A stretch of DNA of 32,000 nt from Candidatus Saccharimonadota bacterium (GTDB lineage Archaea; Nanobdellota; Nanobdellia; Pacearchaeales; GW2011-AR1): positions 90,001 to 122,000 of the forward strand of contig JBAZYG010000002.1 in the NCBI GenBank assembly GCA_041659445.1. The letters run 5' to 3'. A model generated the notes under the pieces. It did not search any database. It worked only from the letters and a program-made list of their open reading frames with translations, and was not told the DNA's origin. Positions within the stretch are counted from its first letter, which is position 1, and the number at the start of each line of letters is the position of its first letter. Positions 6,603 to 14,722 of the stretch are shown here, in pieces. The translations under genes were made by a program, and so were the position numbers.

Positions 6603-7964
6603 ATGGATTTCTTAGATGGAGAGAGAACAGAAGTAAAAGGGCTTTTTAATAAACTTAAAAAAAGAGATTTTTCAGGAACAAGTGGGCAAGTATTGCGAAA
6701 TTCAAGTTACCAACTTGCAACAATCCTTATATCAAAAATTGCTTCTTTATTTTTCACAATTATTATTGCAAGATTAATGCTCCCAGAATTATTTGGATTA
6801 TATACTTTAACCTTATCAACAATTGCTATTTTTTCTTCTTTTTCAGATTTAGGAATTGGTTCTGCATTAATTACATTTGTTTCAAAATTTTTAGATAAGA
6901 GACAGAATAAAAAAGCAAAATCTTTTTTTAAAGTTTTAATGAAATATAAAATTTATTTATCACTAACTTCATCTTTTTTGCTTGTAATTTTTTCGTATTA
7001 TCTATCAAATATTTATTACAATAAACCAATTTTTCTAGCACTCTTAGTTGGAGGTTTATATCTTTTTATATTTTCATTTTTAGAATTTTTAAATAATTTA
7101 TATAAATCCAACAATAACTTTAAATATCCTTTTTTCAAAGAAGTAATCTTACAAATTCTAAGATTTTGTTTGGTTCCAATTGGAATTTTATTTTTATTAA
7201 AGAATTCTCTTTCAAACGAGATTGTTGTTTTTGGAGTAATTTTAATTTTAACAATTTGTTATTCTTGTGCAACTCTTTTTTTAATATTGTTTTCAAAAAA
7301 GAAAATTTCTTTTTTAAAAGAAAAAAGTGTAAAATTATCAAATAAAGATAAGATTAATTTAAGGAAATTTATTTTACCTCTAAGTACTATGGCTCTTTCA
7401 GGAGTTTTTTTTGGATATATTGATATAATTATGTTGGGACATTTTGTTTCCGAGGAGTTTATAGGTTATTATAGCGCTTCTTTTAGTTTAATTACTTCTG
7501 CAGCTGCAATTATTGGTTTTGTGGGAGCATCAATTCTACCAATTTTTTCTAGGATAAAAAAAGATTTGTTAGAAAAAACATTTAAGAAATCCATAATTTT
7601 CACATTAATTATTTCCTTACTTGGAGCAATATTTTCTTTTTCATTTGCATTTTATATAATTAAAATTGTTTATGGTTTGGAGTATTTTAATTCAATTATT
7701 CTTTTGAAAATATTTTCATTAATGTTGCTGATGATTCCCATTTCAAGCATTTATGAAGCTTATTTTATTTCTCAAGAAAGAACGAAATCTCTTGCATTAT
7801 TTTTGATTTTATCAACTTTACTTAACATAATTTTAAATTACTTTTTTATTACTTTTGGATTGAAGTTTGGATTTATGCAGGCAGTAATCGGAGCATGTGT
7901 TGCAACAATTATTAGTAGGTTTTTTTATGTAATAAGTTTAGCATTGATTAGAAAAAAGAAATGA
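6603..7964 (+). CDS. MOP-superfamily polysaccharide/oligosaccharide flippase (Wzx/RfbX/AglR-like)
   Basis: 453 aa with roughly 12-14 predicted TM helices along the whole length. The N-terminal region 'SSYQLATILISKIASLFFTIIIARLMLPELFGLY' is typical of Polysacc_synt proteins. It lies at the edge of the glycan island. Confidence 0.7.
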   Translation: MDFLDGERTEVKGLFNKLKKRDFSGTSGQVLRNSSYQLATILISKIASLFFTIIIARLMLPELFGLYTLTLSTIAIFSSFSDLGIGSALITFVSKFLDKRQNKKAKSFFKVLMKYKIYLSLTSSFLLVIFSYYLSNIYYNKPIFLALLVGGLYLFIFSFLEFLNNLYKSNNNFKYPFFKEVILQILRFCLVPIGILFLLKNSLSNEIVVFGVILILTICYSCATLFLILFSKKKISFLKEKSVKLSNKDKINLRKFILPLSTMALSGVFFGYIDIIMLGHFVSEEFIGYYSASFSLITSAAAIIGFVGASILPIFSRIKKDLLEKTFKKSIIFTLIISLLGAIFSFSFAFYIIKIVYGLEYFNSIILLKIFSLMLLMIPISSIYEAYFISQERTKSLALFLILSTLLNIILNYFFITFGLKFGFMQAVIGACVATIISRFFYVISLALIRKKK

Positions 7965-7965
7965 A

Positions 7966-9261
7966 TCATTTTTTTTGTTTTTCTATTTCATCAAATGTTT
8001 GTTTCCAATTTTTAAAAGGAATAGCTCTGTCATCAATATAAATTTTTGCTCTTGGTTTTTCACTAGTAACCTCTTTAATATACTTGTCTAAGTTATTTTT
8101 TTTTAACCATTCCCAAATTAGTTGCTTTCCTGTTTTTCCATTTATTAAAGGTCTATCTTCTCTAGCTTTTGCAGTATAAATAATTAAATTATATTTTTTA
8201 GATAAATTGCTTAATGCTTTTTTAGTTTCTGGAAGAGGGTTTCCATAAATTGTTCCGTCATGAAAGCCCTTATCATTATTATGTATGACCCCATCAAAAT
8301 CAATTCCAATATTTTTTTCTTCATCAGGAAAACAAAATTTTCTTATATCTTTTTTTTTAGAATAAGAAGTTTTATCTTCTTTATTTATTTCTTTTAAAAT
8401 TTCTATCATACCTTTTCCAAGTTCTATGTAATTCTCGTTAATAATTTTCTTAGGAATTTCTTCATAGTAAGAATAGGGGGTTATTTTATAGTGTGATTCT
8501 TTTTTTGCTTTCGATGCTTTAATGTTGTAATTTATTTTTACTCCATTTAATATTTCATTAATCATTTCAAAAAGATCTTTAACTCTAATTGGATGTTGGC
8601 CCGTGATAATTATAGATTGATTTTCATATTTTTTATCTAAAACTTTAACACTTAAATTTGCAGCATCATTTACATGAATATATTCTCTACTTTCATTTCC
8701 ATCCCCCAAATAATTAATTTCCCTACTTGTAATAGCTTGCTTTAAATAACGATAAACACTATTTGTTTTTGGAGCACCATATCCATATACTGTTCCATAT
8801 TGTAAAATGGTATATTTTAAACCATAATATTTATAATAATCTTTAATTATACTTTCACATGCTTTTTTTGTTGAAGAATATATTCCTCCAGAACTTCCAT
8901 GAGCATAAAGACTACTTGCAAAAACTATCCTTTTTATTTTATTCTTTTTACAAGATTCAAGGATAATTGCATTTCCAAGAATATTATTTTTTATAGCTTC
9001 AATAGGTTTTTCTATGCATTCTTCAATGTCTGCAATTCCACTAAAATTATAAATAATATCTATTTTTTTTAAGGATTCTTCAACTTTCTTTTGGTCAAGA
9101 GTACTTCCAGATATAAATTTTATTTCTTTATTGAAGGATTCTTCAATTTTTTTTTGATCAAAAATTGATACATCATATCCTTCTTTCAATAATTTTGCAA
9201 CAACATGTTTTCCTATAAATCCTGCTCCTCCAAATACCATTACTCTTTCTTTATTTTTCAT
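7966..9261 (-). CDS. two-domain fusion: NAD-dependent extended SDR epimerase/dehydratase (aa 1 to about 295) plus a C-terminal HAD-like phosphatase domain (aa about 317-425)
   Basis: N-terminal part: 'VFGGAGFIGKHVV' (GxxGxxG) and 'Y128SSTK132' (YxxxK). C-terminal part: HAD motif I 'IDFDGVI' (DxDG), motif II 'IIYTAK', Lys 'EKPRAK', motif IV 'YIDDRA'. It is one uninterrupted ORF whose start is 1 nt after the stop of the upstream gene. Confidence 0.75.
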   Translation of the reverse strand: MKNKERVMVFGGAGFIGKHVVAKLLKEGYDVSIFDQKKIEESFNKEIKFISGSTLDQKKVEESLKKIDIIYNFSGIADIEECIEKPIEAIKNNILGNAIILESCKKNKIKRIVFASSLYAHGSSGGIYSSTKKACESIIKDYYKYYGLKYTILQYGTVYGYGAPKTNSVYRYLKQAITSREINYLGDGNESREYIHVNDAANLSVKVLDKKYENQSIIITGQHPIRVKDLFEMINEILNGVKINYNIKASKAKKESHYKITPYSYYEEIPKKIINENYIELGKGMIEILKEINKEDKTSYSKKKDIRKFCFPDEEKNIGIDFDGVIHNNDKGFHDGTIYGNPLPETKKALSNLSKKYNLIIYTAKAREDRPLINGKTGKQLIWEWLKKNNLDKYIKEVTSEKPRAKIYIDDRAIPFKNWKQTFDEIEKQKK

Positions 9262-9262
9262 T

Positions 9263-10186
9263 TTATTTTTTTTCTAAAAATTTTTTTATATTTTTTACTG
9301 CCCCCATTTCCATGTCTAATCTACTTTTTTCAGTGCAACTTCCTAAATGAGGGGATAAATGGCAATTAGATAATTCAATTAATTTTCCAAAATAAGGTTC
9401 TTGTTCGAAAACATCTATAGCAGCAGAGGCGGATTGATTATCTTTAAGCCAAGAGTATAAGTCTTGTTCGTTAATTATTCCTCCTCTAGAAGTATTAATT
9501 ATTATTGAATTTTTTTTCATAATTTCAAATTCTGTTTTAGATATTAAATTTTTATTTTCTTCATTTAAAGGAATGTGTAAAGTTATAATGTCACAATTTT
9601 TTAAGATATGCTCTAGTTCTTTTATTTTTTCTTTAGAGACACCTATCAATTGAGAAGGTTCAATATCATTGACATACCATATCGAATGAAATCCATCTAA
9701 TTTTTCAGATATTTTTTTACCTATTCTTCCATATCCAATTATTCCAACACAAGATTCTGAAAGTTCTCTTCCAATATATCTATTCCAATTATGATTTTTT
9801 ATATCATTACCTACTTCAGGAATTTTTCTTAAGAGGTTTAACATATGTCCCATAGTTAATTCTGCTACTGCATTCGAAGGAGCGTCAGGAGTATTTGTTA
9901 CATAAATTCCATTTTTTTCGCATTCAAGCAAATCTACAGAATCCAAGCCAATGCCCACTCTAGATATAATTTTTACTTTTTTGCAATAATTTAAAATCTC
10001 TTTGTCGTATTTTTCAGTTCCTGCTATAATTATATCTGGATTATAATCTTTTAAAACTTCTATTAATTCTTCTTTAGAATATTTTCTCCCAATTTGATTG
10101 TATCTTATCTCTCCAATTTTTTCCAAGGTTTCTCTTGGTGCTGAATTAATTTTCCCAAAAGAATCTGTATTAACTAATATTTTCAT
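9263..10186 (-). CDS. D-isomer-specific 2-hydroxyacid dehydrogenase (phosphoglycerate dehydrogenase-like)
   Basis: 'GIIGYGRIGKKISEKL' is the NAD fold. 'NTSRGGIINEQDL', 'DVFEQEP' and 'SPHLGS' give the catalytic R/E/H pattern. I prefer the ATG at 10186 (MKILVN...) because a TATA-like box is centred about 25 nt upstream of it; the track start 10198 is only about 12 nt from that box. Confidence 0.8.
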   Translation of the reverse strand: MKILVNTDSFGKINSAPRETLEKIGEIRYNQIGRKYSKEELIEVLKDYNPDIIIAGTEKYDKEILNYCKKVKIISRVGIGLDSVDLLECEKNGIYVTNTPDAPSNAVAELTMGHMLNLLRKIPEVGNDIKNHNWNRYIGRELSESCVGIIGYGRIGKKISEKLDGFHSIWYVNDIEPSQLIGVSKEKIKELEHILKNCDIITLHIPLNEENKNLISKTEFEIMKKNSIIINTSRGGIINEQDLYSWLKDNQSASAAIDVFEQEPYFGKLIELSNCHLSPHLGSCTEKSRLDMEMGAVKNIKKFLEKK

Positions 10187-10206
10187 ATTAAGGAGCATGA
10201 ACTTTA

Positions 10207-10218
10207 TTTTTTAAGGTT
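10207..10218 (-). promoter_or_regulatory. putative BRE/TATA box for the 2-hydroxyacid-DH / SDR-HAD operon
   Basis: Minus strand aaCCTTAAAAAA, centred about 25 nt upstream of the ATG at 10186. Confidence 0.45.
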
Positions 10219-10318
10219 TTGTATGATTCATCTCATATTTTAATTCTACTTGATGGTATTTTTTATTGGGAAATTTTTTTACTTATATTGGTATTTTATT
10301 CATATTTTTCATTATAAT

Positions 10319-10330
10319 AATCTTTATAAA
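10319..10330 (+). promoter_or_regulatory. putative BRE/TATA box for the GT-B-like gene at 10354
   Basis: AATCTTTATAAA, centred about 27 nt upstream of the ATG. Confidence 0.5.
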
Positions 10331-10353
10331 GAAACATTTCTCCTGTTTTTTCA

Positions 10354-11538
10354 ATGGAAAATAAAAAAATTTTAACAACATCTTGGCATCCATCTGCAAC
10401 AAATATGCTTATTCCAGTTCTTAACATATTGCAAAAGCAAAAAGAATTAGATATATCTATTATCGGAACTAAATATTCTAATAGAGTATTTGAAAAAAAC
10501 GGTTTTTCTTATCTCCCTATTGAATCATATGGTCTCAAAAATTTCGCAGAAGCAAATATGGAAAAAATTTTATTAAAGGAAAATCCTGATTTGGTTCTTT
10601 TAGGAGCAAGTTTTCAAGAAGTTCAGAGTGGAGAGAGGTACATCCCTGATCAAACAATGATTAATGCAGCAAGAAGACAAGGTATTCCTTCTATCACAAT
10701 TCACGATTATTGGAGAGATATGGCAAAATATACAAATAAAATAACTGGAAGAATTGAATTTATCCCAGATGCTATTGCAGTATTTGATTCTTATGCTAAG
10801 AAAAAATTAATTGAAGCAGGATTACCTGAGCAAGTTATCAAAATTACTGGAAATCCAGAAGCAGATATTCTTAAACAAACAAAAGAAAATTTTTCAGATA
10901 CAAGAAAATATGAATTAAAAAAAGTTTTTGATATAAAAGTTCAAGATGTTTTTCTTTATTGTGGTGGTGTTGAATGGAATAAAAATAAATCTAAATTAGG
11001 GTATACCACTCTTGATAATATAAAAATTATTACAGATTCTTTAAAAGATATTGGAAGAGATGATCTGAATGTTATAGTAACATTACATCCACGAATGGCT
11101 CAGAATGATGAATCAGGTATGAGAGATGTATTAAATCATTTAAAAAATTGTGGGGATTCAAGAATAAAATATATAGATCAAGTTTATGAAAAAGGGTTTA
11201 CAATGGAAGAATTGGCTTTAGCCTCTAATGCTGTTTTCACTGCTTTTTCAACAGTTGCTATTAAAGGAGCATGGATGGGCAAGCCATGTATGAGCTTACA
11301 ACCAAATTTAATTCTTCCAAATGATTTTACAGATGGGGAAATCGGATTTTTTCTTGATCATTCAAATGTAATTCCTTTAGGAAAAAATTATAAAGAAGCC
11401 AAGGATTTAGTAATTAAAATGTTCACAGATAAAAAATTAATAAGCGATTTAGAAAAAAGTTTAGTTAATTGTCCAGATATGACTCTTCAATCAGGCTCAC
11501 AGGGAATAATGGATTTAATTAAAGAAAACATTAATTAA
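10354..11538 (+). CDS. two-Rossmann-domain (GT-B-like) protein of unassigned family; resembles UDP-GlcNAc 2-epimerase and TagF/capsule-synthesis layouts
   Basis: 394 aa. Landmarks in the order seen in Epimerase_2/TagF/KpsS-type proteins: 'ITIHDYWRD', 'ITGNPEADIL', 'VIVTLHPR' (HP motif) and 'AVFTAFSTVAIKGAWMGKP'. It is certainly a real gene with a leaderless promoter; the function is not assignable by eye. Confidence 0.45.
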   Translation: MENKKILTTSWHPSATNMLIPVLNILQKQKELDISIIGTKYSNRVFEKNGFSYLPIESYGLKNFAEANMEKILLKENPDLVLLGASFQEVQSGERYIPDQTMINAARRQGIPSITIHDYWRDMAKYTNKITGRIEFIPDAIAVFDSYAKKKLIEAGLPEQVIKITGNPEADILKQTKENFSDTRKYELKKVFDIKVQDVFLYCGGVEWNKNKSKLGYTTLDNIKIITDSLKDIGRDDLNVIVTLHPRMAQNDESGMRDVLNHLKNCGDSRIKYIDQVYEKGFTMEELALASNAVFTAFSTVAIKGAWMGKPCMSLQPNLILPNDFTDGEIGFFLDHSNVIPLGKNYKEAKDLVIKMFTDKKLISDLEKSLVNCPDMTLQSGSQGIMDLIKENIN

Positions 11539-11562
11539 TTTTTAATAATCTTTTTTATCAAT

Positions 11563-12267
11563 TTATAAATAATCTTTTCCAGTTATTTTTTTTATTCTAT
11601 CTCTATTTTCAAAAAATAATTCTGCTTTTAAGAAGTCAAGAGGATTGTCAAGATCTAATCCTTCAATGTCATCAACTTCTAACATGTAAGGATAATTTCC
11701 GATTCTTCTTTTAAGTTCTTTTAATGCCTCTTTTTTAATAGCATAAAGTCCAGTTGTTTCAACTTTTATTGGAGTTGCATCTTGAGATCTTGGAAGTTTT
11801 CCAGGAAAGTAAGTAATAGGATTTCCATTATACCATATCCAATCATGTCTTGTATTAATTGTAAAAATAGAATCATGTTCATTTTCTTTTAAGATTTTTA
11901 TTGCTTCATTTATTGTTTCAACTCTTAAAAAAGGGGCAGTTACAAATAATTGAACATAAATATCAGCATCTATTTTTTCAAATGGGATGGTTAGCATCTT
12001 GTCTCCAGTTATATCTCTTTCAAAATAATAGTTTGGAACTTCAAAAATTTCAGCCCCCATTTCTTTAATTTCTTCTTTTATGTTATCATTTGCATCTGTA
12101 ATAACAAAGATTTTATCTAAATTACTTAGCAAAGCCTTTTTAATCATATAATAATATAAGGGTTTTTCTCCTAAATTTTTAAGATTTTTTTCTGGAATTC
12201 TTTCACTTCGAGATTTAAAAGCAATTATACCTACACTTTCATAATTCATTTTACTTGAGTTTTCCAT
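11563..12267 (-). CDS. NeuA/KdsB-family cytidylyltransferase (CMP-ulosonic acid synthetase-like, CTP_transf_3)
   Basis: 'VGIIAFKSRSERIPEKNLKNLGEKPLYYYMIKKAL...KIFVITD' matches the N-terminal CTP-binding pattern (ARxxSxRxPxKN...GKPLI). 'LFVTAPFLR' resembles LQPTSPLR. 'PRSQD' and 'LDLDNPLDFLKAELF' resemble IDIDTxxDxxxAE. Confidence 0.8.
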   Translation of the reverse strand: MENSSKMNYESVGIIAFKSRSERIPEKNLKNLGEKPLYYYMIKKALLSNLDKIFVITDANDNIKEEIKEMGAEIFEVPNYYFERDITGDKMLTIPFEKIDADIYVQLFVTAPFLRVETINEAIKILKENEHDSIFTINTRHDWIWYNGNPITYFPGKLPRSQDATPIKVETTGLYAIKKEALKELKRRIGNYPYMLEVDDIEGLDLDNPLDFLKAELFFENRDRIKKITGKDYL

Positions 12268-12288
12268 ATAAATTTCTTTCTTTGTTAA

Positions 12289-12296
12289 TATATAAA
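12289..12296 (-). promoter_or_regulatory. putative TATA box for the cytidylyltransferase gene
   Basis: Minus strand TTTATATA, centred about 25-26 nt upstream of the ATG at 12267. Confidence 0.45.
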
Positions 12297-12314
12297 TTTA
12301 ATTGTTTTAAATAG

Positions 12315-13646
12315 CTATTTTATTCTTTTAATAACTTCCTCATAATAAACCTTTGGTGTTTTTTTATTTGGGGTTATTTTAAAATTTTTTTCAAACTCTT
12401 TTGCATAAAATTTTTTGAATTTTTGGTATGTTTTTGGATTTTTAATCTTTTCAAATCTTCTTTCTAATTCTTTTTTATCCTTAAATTTGTCTTCATTTTT
12501 CCAGAGATTTATTAAAAATTTATCATTAAATCTAAAAATTGGTTTTTCATATCTTAAAGCTTCAATAGCAATTGTAGAATTATGTAAAATTATGAAATCA
12601 CTTTCTTCAATTCTTTTCATTATAGGGATATTTGAATCAGCAAAATTTACATTTTTAGCATCCATTATTTTTTTGTAATTTTCAAGGTTATCAAATGGAT
12701 GAACAGAAGCTTCAAAAATTATTTTAGGATATTTTTTAGCAAAATCATTTATTATTTTTGCCATATTTTTGTTGGTGTTAGTTTCTCCTCCTGGAACAGG
12801 GAAGAATACAACGCATTTTTTTGGATTAAAAATTTTTGAATCATTCTTAACTATTGAAGAATATTTTGGGTTTCCAACAACTATTAATCTAGAATTATTG
12901 GTATATTTTTTTAAAACATTATAGGTAGTTTTTCCCCAAATTAAGTTATAATCTGAAATAACATTTTCATTTAATATCATGGCTCCATGAAAATAAGGAT
13001 ATTCAACAATAAATCCATGTTGCAAAGTAAATGTGGGAATTTTATTTATTTTGCAAATTGAAGTTAAAATTGTCTCCTCTGCAAATGCTTGTGAGCAAAA
13101 TGATATATATGCTTTCGGTAAAATTTTTTTATAAAGTTTATGAAATCTCTTTATTTCTTGATGTCTTTGGTATGTTCTTGCTAAAATAATATAATAATAT
13201 TTTCCCAATAGTTTTTTCAATTTATTTCTTTTAAATTTATTAAGTATTTTAAGGAACAAAAAAATATTCGGAAAAATAATTCTTCCTTTTTTTAATCCTT
13301 TTTTCTTTTTTAACTCATAATTGTCTAAAATTATTAAATCTTCTTTTGGAAAATCTTCTATTGCTTTGTAAACTAATGAATGATGGTCTTCTCTAGGCAT
13401 AAAATAACTAACCAATATTTTATTTTTTTCTTTATGGGTTAAATTCATTTCATCTTTAAAAAAAAGACATTTTAAGAAAATCATTTTTCTTTCTTTCTTT
13501 TCTATGTTTTTGTTTGAATAATATGTATAAATGTCATTTGCCATAATTGGCCATAAATTTATTCCTTTATAATTCATTTTAAGATAGAATTCTTTCATTT
13601 CTTTTATGAAGGGGATTTTTTCATTCCATAGATTTTCCTTTTTCAT
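12315..13646 (-). CDS. TagF/capsule-synthesis/sialyltransferase-like 'HP-motif' GT-B-type transferase (family unassigned)
   Basis: 443 aa, very Lys-rich. The landmarks 'TLQHGF' (compare WHG of TagF-type enzymes), 'VVFFPVPGG', 'ASVHPFD' (HP motif) and 'SDFIILHNSTIAIEALRYEKP' occur in the order used by CDP-/CMP-donor GT-B enzymes. This is motif recall only. Confidence 0.45.
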   Translation of the reverse strand: MKKENLWNEKIPFIKEMKEFYLKMNYKGINLWPIMANDIYTYYSNKNIEKKERKMIFLKCLFFKDEMNLTHKEKNKILVSYFMPREDHHSLVYKAIEDFPKEDLIILDNYELKKKKGLKKGRIIFPNIFLFLKILNKFKRNKLKKLLGKYYYIILARTYQRHQEIKRFHKLYKKILPKAYISFCSQAFAEETILTSICKINKIPTFTLQHGFIVEYPYFHGAMILNENVISDYNLIWGKTTYNVLKKYTNNSRLIVVGNPKYSSIVKNDSKIFNPKKCVVFFPVPGGETNTNKNMAKIINDFAKKYPKIIFEASVHPFDNLENYKKIMDAKNVNFADSNIPIMKRIEESDFIILHNSTIAIEALRYEKPIFRFNDKFLINLWKNEDKFKDKKELERRFEKIKNPKTYQKFKKFYAKEFEKNFKITPNKKTPKVYYEEVIKRIK

Positions 13647-13666
13647 ATCTTAATCAAAAGAAACAC

Positions 13667-13676
13667 TTTTTTAAAT
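13667..13676 (-). promoter_or_regulatory. putative TATA box for the 443-aa HP-motif gene
   Basis: Minus strand aTTTAAAAAA, centred about 25 nt upstream of the ATG at 13646. Confidence 0.45.
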
Positions 13677-13687
13677 ATTATTATAAT

Positions 13688-14623
13688 TTAAAATTTAGAA
13701 TAAAATTCAATACTTCTTCTCAAACCTTCTTCTAGGGAGACTTTTGGAATCCAACCAAGTTTTTGTAATTTTGTTGAATCTTGATATTGTTCTTGAATTT
13801 CCATAAGACTTACTGGTCGTCCGTGAACTTTTATATTTGTATCAGGATCTTTTTTCATTAAAATGCATATTTTTTCCATAAGGTCTTTGATTGTTAAATG
13901 TTCTGTTCCACCACAACAATATATTTCACCAGGTTTACCTTTTTTTGATACTAAATTAAATGCATCCAAAGCGTCGTCGATATATACAAACTCTCGAATA
14001 TGTTTTTCAGAATCTTCCCAAAGAAAAGCTGATTCTCCTTTTGAAAGACGAGTAATTGTTTTAGGAATAACACGAGACATATTAAAGTCTCCAGGACCAT
14101 AAAGATTTGAGCATGTAACAATTTTTATTGGGAGGCCATATTGTCGATGAAAATGCAATCCTGTAAGTTGTTGGCATGCTTTTGAAGTATCATAAGTAAA
14201 AAGAGGTTCAAGGTTACTTTCTTCATTATAAGGCACTTTTGCTTTTCCATACGCTTTATCACTAGTAGAAATAACTATACTTTCGATATTCCCTCCACCA
14301 TAATTTTTACAAGTTTCAAGCAATGAAACTGTTCCAAGAACATTTGTTTTAAAAGTTTTATATGGATCATTAGAGCATATTCCTACAATTGATTCTGCTG
14401 CAAAATGATACACCTCATTTATTTGATGCCTTACAATTATTTCTTTAATTAATTCTATATCATTTAAATCTCCTTGTGTATGGAAATCTGGATTGTATTC
14501 AATATTTTTGCTAAAAACATTTCCCCTATCTAATCCTATTACTCTGTTGTTTTTATCTTGTTTTAATTTTTTTACTAATGCTTTTCCAACAAATCCTTCA
14601 GAGCCAGTAATGAGTATATTCAT
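13688..14623 (-). CDS. NDP-sugar 4,6-dehydratase/epimerase (extended SDR)
   Basis: 'ILITGSEGFVGKAL', 'STSDKAYG' and 'YDTSKACQQL' (YxxxK), 311 aa. The STSDKxYG pattern resembles CDP-/NDP-hexose 4,6-dehydratases. It is divergent from an aminotransferase-acetyltransferase pair. Confidence 0.75.
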   Translation of the reverse strand: MNILITGSEGFVGKALVKKLKQDKNNRVIGLDRGNVFSKNIEYNPDFHTQGDLNDIELIKEIIVRHQINEVYHFAAESIVGICSNDPYKTFKTNVLGTVSLLETCKNYGGGNIESIVISTSDKAYGKAKVPYNEESNLEPLFTYDTSKACQQLTGLHFHRQYGLPIKIVTCSNLYGPGDFNMSRVIPKTITRLSKGESAFLWEDSEKHIREFVYIDDALDAFNLVSKKGKPGEIYCCGGTEHLTIKDLMEKICILMKKDPDTNIKVHGRPVSLMEIQEQYQDSTKLQKLGWIPKVSLEEGLRRSIEFYSKF

Positions 14624-14644
14624 AAATTTTATTTGTTTTATTCT

Positions 14645-14700
14645 TTTTTAAAGATTTATATGCTGATGTAGTTTATTAATTAGATATAAATCTTTATAAA
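14645..14700. promoter_or_regulatory. mirror-symmetric divergent promoter pair: a 17-nt inverted repeat (16/17 match) that contains both BRE/TATA boxes
   Basis: 14645-14661 tttttaaagatttatat matches the reverse complement of 14684-14700 (tttataaagatttatat). Each AATCTTTA(A/T)AAA box is centred about 26 nt from its ATG (14623 on the minus strand, 14723 on the plus strand). Confidence 0.55.
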
Positions 14701-14722
14701 CATCTATTATAATTTATTTTTC

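Noticed and set aside
10199-10353. Direct repeat TGGTATTTT..ATT (10254 and 10289) in the divergent intergenic region as a regulator site
   Set aside because: It is only about 9-12 nt long in extremely AT-rich DNA, so chance occurrence is likely. There is no symmetry and no third copy.
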